Shown one piece after another: positions 9,800 through 19,911 of a stretch of 58,989 nt of DNA; the first letter of the stretch is position 1, and the number at the start of each line of letters is the position of its first letter. Position numbers and translations under genes: made by a program. Below the pieces are notes generated by a model. The model had not been told where the DNA came from. It was given only the letters and a program-made list of their open reading frames with translations, and did no database searches. The stretch spans positions 1-58,989 of IMG/VR virus record IMGVR_UViG_3300046777_001542; one strand, 5' to 3'. The stretch is from a virus. Its lineage: Duplodnaviria > Caudoviricetes.

Positions 9800-12700
9800 T
9801 TTTCTCTACCCTCTAAACCAAATATTAATTCTTTTAGCTCTTTTGTTAGAGGCGCATCTTTCTTAGACTCCCAGTTTGTGTATCTCTTTCTAAGGATATC
9901 TCTATCTATTGCAGAAAGTATTCTTCTCCCCTCTGGTGCAGATAAAGTAGATGACGCTGCTGATCTCAAGACTGAGTCCATAATATCTGGCTCTAGAGCT
10001 TTTATTAAATGTCCCTGTGCATTCTTGGTGTAGCCATATGGCATTTCTTTAGCAAGTGCTTCTGCAAACTTATCATAAAGTATTTTTTGTGTTCTCTTAG
10101 TTAATCCGCTAGAGGCAAAAAGTTTTTCTGCCATTCCTATTTCTAGTGATGTTACTCCCCATCCGCCAGTTGTATTTTTTCCAAAACCTGCGCCGATTCT
10201 ACGCATAGCAAGAGACTTAATAATATTAATTAGCCCTCCGCCATTAAATCCATTAGCATCAGATTTAAATTCTATATCGCTTAAACTTGCAGCATGACCC
10301 TTTTGTCTTCTCTTTAATGCTTCGGCTTCTTCTATTTTAGCAAGAGCTGCTGGTGTCAGGGCCTTTGCAGGAGTTGGTTTAACTGCGGAATGTATGCCGT
10401 GGAACTCTTTCCAGTTTACATGTCTTGCATCTTCAAGTCTTTGAATCATTGCTGCGTAAATAGCAGATTCTTCTTCATTTAAATCAAATTTAGAAATAGT
10501 GTCTTTTAGTCTTGGTAGCACATCATCAATTTCAGCTATCATTCTGCTATGATATTGTGTTGGTGACATTCCCTTTGGAATATCTACTGTTGCTTCTGCA
10601 AAAAATCTTCTAGCCCCGCCCTTAACTCCAAGCAAATTAATTCTTGCTTGCTCTGCCATTGATGGCATAATGTCTGCATAATCTCTGAGTCCAGATGCCA
10701 TCTTAAATACACCAGCTGTGCCTACATCTGCAAGAACTCTTCCAGATAAATTATCTGGTGACAGATCTTTATCTCCTCTAAGTGCTGAAGCAACTAGCTG
10801 CTTAAAGTAATCATCTTCACTAAACTTAGCATCTTTAATTGCAAAAGCATCATCAAACTTAGACTCAAGAACAATAACTTTTCTTCTGCCTTGTGGGTCA
10901 GTAGGGTCTAGCATAACCTTAATCTGTTGCTCTGGGGCTTTTAAACCATGTGCTTCTCTTGCAATTATTGTTGCACGTTGTTCTGCTAAAGCTGCTTTTT
11001 CATCTAAGACTGGTTTAACAAATACCTGTGTTCCATCTGGTTTTTTGTAAACTCCACCAATTCCTGGTACTGGAAAACTTCTTCCTGTGCTAGGGGATAC
11101 CAGCTCGCCAAAGTTTTCTGGCTCTTGTTTTGCAAGGCGGCTATTATTTACTGCCTCTGTGGTTTCTTCCATAACTTTCTTAAGTCTTCTTTGTTCCTGA
11201 ACCTGTTTGATAGATCTTGGCATTCCAAGGAATAATCTTCCATAGTTAGCTTTATTCTTACCAATGATTCCGCCCATTGCGTATTCGTCAAGCATCATGT
11301 GTGCAAATGCGCCCTTTTCACCTTGGACTTTACCTACGCCAAATGTTTCGTAAGATCCCATAAAGTTTGTGCCAAACTCTGCATTTTTTGCCATCAAGAC
11401 ATCAATATCAGTTGTGCTATAAGGGTTTATTGCGGTGGCGGCCTTAAATCCAGACTTACTATCACCTTCTGGCCTAAATGCTCTTCTCTGTCCAGGAACA
11501 TTTAGTGAGTCTAAGTATTTCTTTCTTAATCCAAGAGACTCTGCTATTTCTAAATATACTGGGTGCTGTGCTTTTGAAAATCTTAGCTCACTAATTATAT
11601 CGTCTCCATGAGACAATAGATTTGATGATATTCTATCTCTGGCTTCAGAAACTAAAGCTGCTGCCGCTTGATCATCTATTCCATTAACTTTTAAAAATCT
11701 TGTAAGGGCTGGCAGTGCTTCTGTTGGAGATAGTGACATAATGTCGTCTACAATCTCTTGTGCTTTTGCTGTTCCTCCAGCTAATTTTGTGTTAGTTCTA
11801 TCTCTTACAGCAAGGCCCCAGTTTCCAACAAAGAAGTATCCATCTGGGTTTCCAAGCTTTCTTCTCTTTGGTGCGGCTGCACCTAATGTTTCATCTACAT
11901 ATTGTCCTGCGTCATCAGCTGACACTTTTGTCTTTCTTCCAAGTTTCATTATTGGAGACAAGTTTGCAAGATCATCTGCAGATGCTGTTGCTTTTCTTCT
12001 AAACAAACTCTTTAATAAATCAAATCTTCCATAATTCTTTTTTGATGGAACAATTGGTCCTCCTAAAATTCCACCAGAATTTCTAAACTGAATTCTTTGT
12101 CCACTATTTGCTGCCTCTAGTATAGGCAACATTTCTTGTGTTTGTTCTGGTGTAAATACTGTCTCATAAGGAGTCAGCATTGCATCAATCATTCCACCAC
12201 GATTGTATGGCTTACTCTTTTTTGCGTATTCTACTAACTGTGGATTATTTCTTGTTGCATCTTGATTTAATACAAATCCGCCAACTGGAATTTTTGCCAT
12301 TGTATTGTCATAGTTTACACTCTTATCTCCAGGGACAACTGGACCGTCTGCTAACGTATATACGTATCCGCCATCATTAAATCCTCTAAGTGGACCTCTC
12401 TTTGGAAGTATAATTCTTGGCTTAGTCGTTTCTATACTATAACCACCGCCAGAAGTTCTAACACCTAATCCTTCTGCAACCTTATCGACAAGAGCTGCTG
12501 TCTCTGGTTTATGGAACATTTCTTTCATGTTAGACTTACCAGTTACTGGGTCGACTGTTGGCTGACTAGTAAATGGGACTGTTGTTAGATTTATTCCTCT
12601 TCCCATACCTGCTGCAACCTGTGCAGCTGTCTCTGCCATCATAACTTCAATAGTTGCATTTAATGAAATAATTTTTGCTCTTGCTTGATCTACAGTAATT

Positions 12701-15126
12701 ACGCCTTGTTGTAGCTGTCTTACAATCATAGCTCCTTCATCTGCAGCTAGCTGTGTAAGCTGTTGCATTTGTGGAAGCATTGCTTGATAAACTGAAGACA
12801 GCTCATGTGTGACTGTGCCAGTTGCAGCTACTTCAGTCTTTAATAATGAAAGCTCTGCCTGTGATTGTGTGGCAATTGCTGCTGTCATAGCATGCCATTT
12901 AGCAGCTTCTCCAGCTACGATTCCAGTTGAAACGCCACTGATAGATGTAACTCCAGGAACTCTTGGAAGATCCTGATCCATATACATTTGTGGGTTATTG
13001 CTTACTCTAACATTTACTGGACCTGGGTTTGGAACAACACCAAAGATTGTTCCTGGCTGTTCTATAGCAGAAGGAATTGTGTGTGCAAATTGTCTGCTAT
13101 AAGGAGCTCCTATAAACTTACTGTCTTTGTCTGCAACTCTATCTGCATTTGCTGCAGATCCCGCTGGAGACAATATAGTTGATCCGCCCATTGTGCTTAT
13201 GCTTGAGCTTGTTGCAACCGCTGAATTTAATGCGCTTGCCTTTAATCTATCAAATGATGCTGCAAGATTATTAACAGCAGTCTCTAGTGCTATTGCAGCT
13301 TGAGCATCGCTAAAGAATGAGTTTTCTACAACTTTGCCAGCTTCGGCTGCTGCAAGCATTTCAGGAGTTAATAATTTAAATCCTGATCCACCCTTAAATA
13401 ATTGCTTTAGATGAAATACACCCTTAATAATATATCCAAGGAAGTTACCAAGTACACCAGTAAGCATAATAAGTGGACCAGCAAATGCTGTTAGTCCACC
13501 AAGGAATGTTAACAATGATTTAATTGGGCCTGGCAGGTTGTCAACAAATTTAAGTATGCCGCTTATTGTATTTAATACAAATGTGCTTATCTTGAGGAAT
13601 TGATCTCCTACGCCAGCAAGCTCTGCTTTAATTGTTTCAAGAGCTCTTTTATATTGTCCAGAAGCAGACTCTGTCATCTGCTTTAATTCTCGTGAAGCTA
13701 CATTAGCAAGCTCTTCTGAGCTTGCCTTCATTAAATCTAGTACTTGAAGTGTCTGTGACCCTTGCTTGCCCAAGTTGGCAAACAAAGCATTCATACGTGC
13801 AAACTGGAACTTACCAAATAGCTGCTCAATTGCCTGTGATTTCTTTAATGGGTCAAGCTTATCTAAAGCACCTTGTAATTCTAATATTGTACCTGTTACA
13901 TTTCCAGCATTTCTCTTTACTATTCCCTCAAGATCAATACCAAAGCCTTGAAACATTTCTTTTGCAACTTTAGTTGGATTAATAAGAGATGCAAGAGATG
14001 ACTTAATGGCGTTAGCACCTTCTGATGCATTTACTCCGCCTTCTTTCATTGCTGTTAAATAAAGAGCAAGATCTTGAATGTCTCCGCCAAGAGATTCAAT
14101 TACTGGACCTGCTTTTGGAATTGCTTCAATTAAATCAGCAAGAGATGTTGATGTCTGGTTTTCAACTGCGTTGAGGAAGTTAATTGACTTGGCTAATTCA
14201 TCATTGCTTTGCTTAAATGCATTTTGAATGGCAAGTGTTGCCTTCATTGCATCTTGTCTATCTACTTCACCAAGAATTGCAAGTCTTGTTGTTTCTTTTG
14301 TTGATACTAATAAATCATTTCCTGTTTTACCAGTTGCAGCAATATCTGCAGATAAAGCAATTGTATCTTTGTAAGATGCTCCATATATAGATGCAAGCTC
14401 TTTTGCTGTCTTAGCTACATCTTCTCTTACTTGTTTTAGCTCTGCCGCTGATGTGTCACCTAATCCGCCATAAACCTTTGTTAATCTAACTAGCTGCTGG
14501 TCTGCTTCTAAGAATGCTTTTTGTGCTGCCGCCCCAAATGCCATCATAGGAACGGTTAATCCAACTGTTAACTGACGACCAGCCCACTGTGTATTTTTAC
14601 CCCAGTTAATAAGCTGGTTAGATCCGTCAAGCATAACCTTGTTAAGGATTGCTGCTTCTTGTCTTAGTAATGCTGTTCTATTCTTTAAAACATCTAGTCC
14701 ATTTGCTACATGGACATTGTATTGCATTTGCCCCTGGGCATTTCTTCCCAGGGGTTGCAATACAGCATTTTCCATTAATACTTGCTGCTTAGCAAGATCT
14801 TTAATTAATGTACTGGTTTTTCTTGCGTGTCCTTGCCAGACTCCATAGTACTCGCCAAGTTTCATTCGGCCAGTATCTAGCCTCTTTCCAAACTTCTGTA
14901 CATCAGATTCAAGGGTTACAAAGTGTGTAGAAAACTGTCCAGTTGCTCTCATTGTTTCGGCAAATGAACGATTCATTCTGCCTACTTCATTAGACAGATT
15001 TCTATCTAATCCAATAGTTGTAGCTTGAAGTTTAATTAACTCGGCGGTGACGGCTCTTAACTGCGCTGTTAAACTTGAAAAGTTTGCCGTCGCAGTTATG
15101 TTCGTGTAAATATTTTGTTCAGCCAA
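9766..15126 (-). CDS. Tape measure protein, N-terminal part (TP901-type core plus inserted cargo domains)
   Basis: Follows the tail chaperone genes. Ala-rich helical core (GRQLTVGLTVP...INFLNAVENQTSTSLADL), transmembrane segments and an internal kinase-like domain. Confidence 0.9.
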   Translation of the reverse strand: MAEQNIYTNITATANFSSLTAQLRAVTAELIKLQATTIGLDRNLSNEVGRMNRSFAETMRATGQFSTHFVTLESDVQKFGKRLDTGRMKLGEYYGVWQGHARKTSTLIKDLAKQQVLMENAVLQPLGRNAQGQMQYNVHVANGLDVLKNRTALLRQEAAILNKVMLDGSNQLINWGKNTQWAGRQLTVGLTVPMMAFGAAAQKAFLEADQQLVRLTKVYGGLGDTSAAELKQVREDVAKTAKELASIYGASYKDTIALSADIAATGKTGNDLLVSTKETTRLAILGEVDRQDAMKATLAIQNAFKQSNDELAKSINFLNAVENQTSTSLADLIEAIPKAGPVIESLGGDIQDLALYLTAMKEGGVNASEGANAIKSSLASLINPTKVAKEMFQGFGIDLEGIVKRNAGNVTGTILELQGALDKLDPLKKSQAIEQLFGKFQFARMNALFANLGKQGSQTLQVLDLMKASSEELANVASRELKQMTESASGQYKRALETIKAELAGVGDQFLKISTFVLNTISGILKFVDNLPGPIKSLLTFLGGLTAFAGPLIMLTGVLGNFLGYIIKGVFHLKQLFKGGSGFKLLTPEMLAAAEAGKVVENSFFSDAQAAIALETAVNNLAASFDRLKASALNSAVATSSSISTMGGSTILSPAGSAANADRVADKDSKFIGAPYSRQFAHTIPSAIEQPGTIFGVVPNPGPVNVRVSNNPQMYMDQDLPRVPGVTSISGVSTGIVAGEAAKWHAMTAAIATQSQAELSLLKTEVAATGTVTHELSSVYQAMLPQMQQLTQLAADEGAMIVRQLQQGVITVDQARAKIISLNATIEVMMAETAAQVAAGMGRGINLTTVPFTSQPTVDPVTGKSNMKEMFHKPETAALVDKVAEGLGVRTSGGGYSIETTKPRIILPKRGPLRGFNDGGYVYTLADGPVVPGDKSVNYDNTMAKIPVGGFVLNQDATRNNPQLVEYAKKSKPYNRGGMIDAMLTPYETVFTPEQTQEMLPILEAANSGQRIQFRNSGGILGGPIVPSKKNYGRFDLLKSLFRRKATASADDLANLSPIMKLGRKTKVSADDAGQYVDETLGAAAPKRRKLGNPDGYFFVGNWGLAVRDRTNTKLAGGTAKAQEIVDDIMSLSPTEALPALTRFLKVNGIDDQAAAALVSEARDRISSNLLSHGDDIISELRFSKAQHPVYLEIAESLGLRKKYLDSLNVPGQRRAFRPEGDSKSGFKAATAINPYSTTDIDVLMAKNAEFGTNFMGSYETFGVGKVQGEKGAFAHMMLDEYAMGGIIGKNKANYGRLFLGMPRSIKQVQEQRRLKKVMEETTEAVNNSRLAKQEPENFGELVSPSTGRSFPVPGIGGVYKKPDGTQVFVKPVLDEKAALAEQRATIIAREAHGLKAPEQQIKVMLDPTDPQGRRKVIVLESKFDDAFAIKDAKFSEDDYFKQLVASALRGDKDLSPDNLSGRVLADVGTAGVFKMASGLRDYADIMPSMAEQARINLLGVKGGARRFFAEATVDIPKGMSPTQYHSRMIAEIDDVLPRLKDTISKFDLNEEESAIYAAMIQRLEDARHVNWKEFHGIHSAVKPTPAKALTPAALAKIEEAEALKRRQKGHAASLSDIEFKSDANGFNGGGLINIIKSLAMRRIGAGFGKNTTGGWGVTSLEIGMAEKLFASSGLTKRTQKILYDKFAEALAKEMPYGYTKNAQGHLIKALEPDIMDSVLRSAASSTLSAPEGRRILSAIDRDILRKRYTNWESKKDAPLTKELKELIFGLEGREKADLYLEALLI

Positions 15127-15131
15127 GTAAT

Positions 15132-15503
15132 CTACTCCCTAGAGTATCCTAATCCTGCTCCGACACCAAAGCCAGCTTCTGCTGCAAATGCACCTTGTAA
15201 TGAAACTACATCGTCTCCTGATGCTTCTATACCAAGTGCTCTTCTTTGTATATCTTCAAAGGTAGGACCTTTGTTTTCTTCTTCTTCACCATCTAACTCA
15301 ATGCCTTGAATTGCTGCTAGGAACTTTCTTTTCTCAGCTTCAGTCTTTTGCATTGACTTAAATGTTTGAACAAGTTCTGGCATTGAGAGGCTTTCTTCTA
15401 GTTCTTCGTAATTTTTCCAATTACCTAAAAGAAAAACTTCTCCTAATAAAGCGGCTAAGTCTAGTTCTGCCCAGCCAGAACCGCTGCCGCTAGAAGGTTT
15501 GGG
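15132..15503 (-). CDS. Tail assembly chaperone, -1 frameshift extension (lambda gpGT-like)
   Basis: The -1 frame is open from the slip site: PSSGSGSGWAELDLAALLGEVFLLGNWKNYEELEESLSMPEL..., joining ORF 15132..15383. Confidence 0.8.
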   Translation of the reverse strand, partial: PKPSSGSGSGWAELDLAALLGEVFLLGNWKNYEELEESLSMPELVQTFKSMQKTEAEKRKFLAAIQGIELDGEEEENKGPTFEDIQRRALGIEASGDDVVSLQGAFAAEAGFGVGAGLGYSRE

Positions 15504-15793
15504 TCGTCCATCTTAATTCCACCGCAAACTTCTAGGATACGGTTAATTGTTGGTACGTCCAAAACGTCTTCAAAAGCATCTACATCTTTTACCAAATCTG
15601 GTAACTGCTTTTCTAAAGCTACTGCACATGCCTCAATGAGGATTGTTAATGTTTCATCTTCTGTAGTTACATCTGCTGTCTTCTGAATAACAACCATAAA
15701 CTTTCTAAGCTCTTTAATTGTTAAAGGCTTTAGCTTTACTGTTGTGCCATTTTGTAGAGTAATTTCTTCTACGTTATATACTGTTGTTGCCAA
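15461..15793 (-). CDS. Tail assembly chaperone (gpG-like)
   Basis: 110 aa between major tail and tape measure genes; slippery site near the 3' end; AGGAGG RBS. Confidence 0.85.
   Translation of the reverse strand: MATTVYNVEEITLQNGTTVKLKPLTIKELRKFMVVIQKTADVTTEDETLTILIEACAVALEKQLPDLVKDVDAFEDVLDVPTINRILEVCGGIKMDDPNLLAAAVLAGQN
15497..15503 (-). other. Programmed -1 ribosomal frameshift heptamer C CCA AAC
   Basis: XXXYYYZ heptamer in the correct phase (Asp-Pro-Asn) near the end of the tail chaperone gene. Confidence 0.8.
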
Positions 15794-15852
15794 TTTTAAT
15801 CCTCCTAGGATCTAGTCTTAATTATTGTATCATATAGATTTTATCAGCACAA

Positions 15853-15880
15853 ATAGAAAATCCCCCCATTTCTGGGGGGA
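15853..15880 (-). terminator. Intrinsic terminator after the major tail gene
   Basis: TCCCCCCA/TGGGGGGA hairpin followed by TTTTCT on the minus strand. Confidence 0.75.
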
Positions 15881-15904
15881 CTTACTATTAATTAATATAA
15901 TTAA

Positions 15905-16582
15905 TTATGATGCTGGTGTCCAGGTACGGTCAATAATCAAACCGTATTCCTTGCCAACATAGCTTGAACCACCGTCTGGAAGAAGACGGAAAGTTACTGG
16001 GAATGTTGTAGCTGCGTTACGTGCAAGTGAGAACTGTGACTGCTGTACAGAAAGAACTCTACGAGCATAGTATACACGCTCTGCACGTGTTGAAGATGTT
16101 GTTGGAGCCTGTCCAACTGCAATTAGCTGACGCTCTGTTGGAGCTACACCAAGTGCACCTGCCTCAAGACCAATTTGCTTTGAATCAGTTTCTGAACCAG
16201 CTACTGATGCGCCTCCCTGTCCAAATACAGCAAGAACGTTCTCAAGAGTACCTTCTGCCATTTCTGTTGCAATCATAACTTCCATTGACTCCTTGAACAG
16301 CTTAGCTGTATCAAGAAGCTGATCTACTGTTACTGAACCGTATGATGGGTTGTAAGTAATCTGAAGACCGTTGTTTGTGTAACCAACATTGCGGAACTTT
16401 GAACCGTCTGTTGCGTTAAGTGTATCGATGTAAGAAGCTGTTGCTACTGGAGCAACTCCTGATGTACCCAATACTGGCTGCATGTTTTCTACGTATGCTG
16501 AATTTGTTGAATCTTTTGCTGATAAGAATAGTGGTGAAGCACCAACGAGAATATTCTTAGCATTACCTGTGGCTTGTGCCAT
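15905..16582 (-). CDS. Major tail (tube) protein
   Basis: NILVGASPLF and VGYTNNGLQITYNP...VDQ motifs; position before the chaperone; strong RBS and terminator. Confidence 0.85.
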   Translation of the reverse strand: MAQATGNAKNILVGASPLFLSAKDSTNSAYVENMQPVLGTSGVAPVATASYIDTLNATDGSKFRNVGYTNNGLQITYNPSYGSVTVDQLLDTAKLFKESMEVMIATEMAEGTLENVLAVFGQGGASVAGSETDSKQIGLEAGALGVAPTERQLIAVGQAPTTSSTRAERVYYARRVLSVQQSQFSLARNAATTFPVTFRLLPDGGSSYVGKEYGLIIDRTWTPAS

Positions 16583-16695
16583 GATTTACTACCTCCTGTT
16601 AAATAAATATATATATTGATTTATAAAAATCAAAAGTGCTGGCTAGGCTCTTTTCCTCTAGGATAATTCTAGAGTATAATATGCCCAAATGCAAC

Positions 16696-17202
16696 CTAAA
16701 TAAATCTTCCGCCTGGGCCTGTGACTCTAGAGTATTTTACCTCTATTATGACATCTGCTGAAAAGAAGCCCTGGAGCTCTTCTGAAGGGGCTGTTGGGGA
16801 TGACTCTACAATCATAGTATTATGGAATATAAGGCTATCCTCTGTTTTAGCCCCATTGATGTCCCTAGCGGAATCATCCATTCTTCTAAATACATCGTAC
16901 ATTAGATTCCTGATCTCATTTATATCTGATACATCCGTGGCATATATTGTGAATAGAAGTTTCTCACATGACAGTAGCCATATATCCTCATAAGTCATTC
17001 CAACCTTATCATAGACAATATGCTTCTTCCCGCTTAAAAATTGATTTAATTCTGGCTGTTGCTGGACAGGGATAATTGGGATAATTTCTTGACCAATATT
17101 ATCGCTATAATAATCATCAGGATCAAATACTCCAGACTCTGTTAGTTCCTTCCAGAGATGCTTGCGTATTTCATACATTGAATCTATTTTATATTTTGTC
17201 AT
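16696..17202 (-). CDS. Tail terminator / tail completion protein
   Basis: 168 aa immediately upstream of the major tail gene (synteny). Confidence 0.6.
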   Translation of the reverse strand: MTKYKIDSMYEIRKHLWKELTESGVFDPDDYYSDNIGQEIIPIIPVQQQPELNQFLSGKKHIVYDKVGMTYEDIWLLSCEKLLFTIYATDVSDINEIRNLMYDVFRRMDDSARDINGAKTEDSLIFHNTMIVESSPTAPSEELQGFFSADVIIEVKYSRVTGPGGRFI

Positions 17203-17993
17203 AATACCCCTCCAAATGATTGTGTTAATGCTAGGTCTGCTTGTCGTCTTACTGCGCCTGGAGAAAAAGAATATTGAACTTTTTTAATATTAAGTGGTAC
17301 TGCTAAAGCTTTTGTTATTTTGGATCCAAATATTTGTTGGAAACCAGAATTCTTAATTGATTCATTAACTAACTGCCCGCTGAAAAATATACTATAGGCA
17401 AGTTTGAACTGGTTTGTGGAAGCCCTTCCTCCAGGGCTCTTGACGGTCACAGAGGCCCCTTTGGGCATAAAGACTACTCCACCATCCAACTCAAACACAA
17501 GCCTCTCAGAAGAGCTAGGACGGATTATTACGGGCATTCCTTCTTCCATCACTGCAGCTTTATTTTCAAATATATACTTTTTCTTTTGTCTTGGATTCTT
17601 TGATGGCACTGGTGACTTTGATAATTTAAAATCAAAATCTATTTTAAAAGATAATCCAGTTGTTTCAATTGTTCTTAATTTAAATAATCTTGCCGCTGGC
17701 TTTCCGCCTTTGCCCCATTCATAAACATGGTGAAATGCTTTTGGCTTTGTTCTTGCCAATGCATCTACATAAAATCCAAAATCTTTGTCTATCTGCTTAA
17801 ATAATGTATGTTTAAATAAAGCCTTAAATGCTTCATTTGCTTCAAGCTGTGCCATTACATTTGCTTCGTAATATAGGAATGCAGATATTTGTGCTACATT
17901 ACTATCTTTTACTCTTCCGCTTGTTGGTGTGCCAACCATCAATCTCTCTAGACCGCTAGCTGCCTGTAATAGTGCTACATTATTAGATGCCAA
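17199..17993 (-). CDS. Neck / tail completion protein
   Basis: HHVYEWG motif; position in the head-tail block; overlaps its neighbours. Confidence 0.55.
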   Translation of the reverse strand: MASNNVALLQAASGLERLMVGTPTSGRVKDSNVAQISAFLYYEANVMAQLEANEAFKALFKHTLFKQIDKDFGFYVDALARTKPKAFHHVYEWGKGGKPAARLFKLRTIETTGLSFKIDFDFKLSKSPVPSKNPRQKKKYIFENKAAVMEEGMPVIIRPSSSERLVFELDGGVVFMPKGASVTVKSPGGRASTNQFKLAYSIFFSGQLVNESIKNSGFQQIFGSKITKALAVPLNIKKVQYSFSPGAVRRQADLALTQSFGGVL

Positions 17994-18411
17994 TTTTCTG
18001 ATTCTCCGACCTTGTTAATGTAGTGTTATACCCTACTACATTTCCAAATGGATCAGTAATCGGAGTTGAACCAACAACCTCAAAAACCGTAGGTGTTTCT
18101 GTTGGGAAATCTATTTCTGTCCAAATTGATTTATTTTTTGCATCACGAATATTTGTAACCTTTTCTCTGTAGGTTATTCTCTCTGCAGTTCTAACCTGAA
18201 TCATTTGCTGGTTAGTATATTTATTTCCAAATGTTTGTCTATCATTTGTGCTGCTAGATGACGAGTTGCTAATGATTCCTTTAGCATGACAATCTAATGT
18301 TTTATAATACGCCCAAGATTTTAATATTGCGCCTGTGTTTGGATCTTGTGAGTCAGACTGTCTATATAGATCCAATCTCATTACTAGTATTGAGTCTATT
18401 AGATCTAACAT
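17983..18411 (-). CDS. Head-to-tail stopper
   Basis: 142 aa beta-rich protein after the adaptor gene (synteny). Confidence 0.6.
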   Translation of the reverse strand: MLDLIDSILVMRLDLYRQSDSQDPNTGAILKSWAYYKTLDCHAKGIISNSSSSSTNDRQTFGNKYTNQQMIQVRTAERITYREKVTNIRDAKNKSIWTEIDFPTETPTVFEVVGSTPITDPFGNVVGYNTTLTRSENQKIGI

Positions 18412-19397
18412 TATATAACAACCATGCTGCTTATGACATATGGATAGAGGAGCTGGTCTGCATATGCATTTCCTGTTCCTCTGTAAGCATCTGATGCGTA
18501 TTCAAACTGCCAGTCAAATGTCTTAATGTTCTTTAGGTATTTGTTTGTCCAGACTCTGTCCTTTGAGAAGTAGTCTCCAATTAATTGTATTGCTGCCTGC
18601 TCAACATTGTCTGGAACTTCCGACCAACCAAATTTTCCTTGAACACGGTACTTTACATCCTTTTGAAATGCGCCATGATATGTGTCATTAATTGATGGCG
18701 GAATTAAACCATTAGCACTATATGTGATATTATCAAGAGTATTAGTTCTATCAACTCTTAGTCCAAAACCAGTCTCAGAAATAATAGGATTGAAGATCCA
18801 ATTTGTTTCTTGATTAATGTTATCAACTAGCTTAATGTCATTGCCATATAATTCATGCAATGAATTAATCTTAAATGGCAGTGGGAGTACATCTGAGCCT
18901 GATCCGTATATTGATTCAGTTCCGTCATACAAATAAAATCTTTGCCCAGTATAGCTTTCAATTACCTTGCGGGCAAATTTTTCTGCCATAACAAGTTCAT
19001 GATAGCTTTTATACATTGGGTCAGATGGATCTGTTCCAAGACCAAGGTCTTCAATAACTTCAGCAAGAGAAGCATATGGAGTTACAACATCAACATATGT
19101 TTCGTGCTGAATATCATTTGACTCCATCTCATATTTCCAAACAAGCTTAAGATTCTTATCTCTATTTGTTATTGAGTAAGGAATATTAATTTGATATGAA
19201 CCATAATCAACTTCTGACTTAGATGCTACTAAATCTGTAAGGATTGGCTCTTGTGGATCTATTGATGGGACAACTGCTGGGTCTTGTGTGATGTCATATA
19301 TGTCTACAAGTACATCGCTTTCGGCATCAACAATAGCGCCACCCCAAAATATTTTAGTAGACGCTGGTGCGTTGCTGTTCTTATATACTTCTGCCAT
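18411..19397 (-). CDS. Head-to-tail adaptor/connector
   Basis: ARKVIESYTGQRF and GKFGWSEVPDNVEQAAIQL match the gp6/gp15-like adaptor pattern. Confidence 0.75.
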   Translation of the reverse strand: MAEVYKNSNAPASTKIFWGGAIVDAESDVLVDIYDITQDPAVVPSIDPQEPILTDLVASKSEVDYGSYQINIPYSITNRDKNLKLVWKYEMESNDIQHETYVDVVTPYASLAEVIEDLGLGTDPSDPMYKSYHELVMAEKFARKVIESYTGQRFYLYDGTESIYGSGSDVLPLPFKINSLHELYGNDIKLVDNINQETNWIFNPIISETGFGLRVDRTNTLDNITYSANGLIPPSINDTYHGAFQKDVKYRVQGKFGWSEVPDNVEQAAIQLIGDYFSKDRVWTNKYLKNIKTFDWQFEYASDAYRGTGNAYADQLLYPYVISSMVVI

Positions 19398-19411
19398 ATA
19401 TAATGTTTCGC

Positions 19412-19804
19412 TTAGTTATAGAAGTCTTGAACTTCCTTTGGTGTGGCTAAACGAAAACCCTCCTCTGAGTCAAAGATTTTTTGAGCATCATCTTCAGACA
19501 TAGCTACGAATGGGTGATCATTTGTAAATGTGTATCCATGAATATCGTATCTGAAATTTGCTCTTGTCATGCGTACCAATACTGTATCTTCTGGCTGTGC
19601 CTTTGGATCAAACTTTGGTAAAACTTCAATTTCTTCTGCTGCCTCTTCTAGGTTCTGCAATGTTTTTGCATATACTGAATAGGTGACGCCCTCTTCCGCA
19701 AGTGCTGCTATGATGTCCTTTTTGTTTTTAAGGCCTTCTGTATCTACCGCAAAATCTTCGGCTATTGTTTTTAATTCGGCTACTTTTAATGTGTCAAACG
19801 ACAT
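19412..19804 (-). CDS. Head-associated protein with N-terminal HeH/Rho_N-like motif
   Basis: LKVAELKTIAEDF...KKDIIAAL; directly after the capsid gene. Confidence 0.55.
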   Translation of the reverse strand: MSFDTLKVAELKTIAEDFAVDTEGLKNKKDIIAALAEEGVTYSVYAKTLQNLEEAAEEIEVLPKFDPKAQPEDTVLVRMTRANFRYDIHGYTFTNDHPFVAMSEDDAQKIFDSEEGFRLATPKEVQDFYN

Positions 19805-19858
19805 ATCTATTTCTCCTTCTTGTAGGTCATTTAATTATAGCATTAGTCAATTAAAATG

Positions 19859-19884
19859 AAAAGCCCCCAAAATTAATTGGGGGC
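19859..19884 (-). terminator. Intrinsic terminator after the major capsid gene
   Basis: GCCCCCAA/TTGGGGGC hairpin followed by TTTT on the minus strand. Confidence 0.75.
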
Positions 19885-19911
19885 CTCTCTGTGGTTTAAT
19901 TCTTAAATTAA

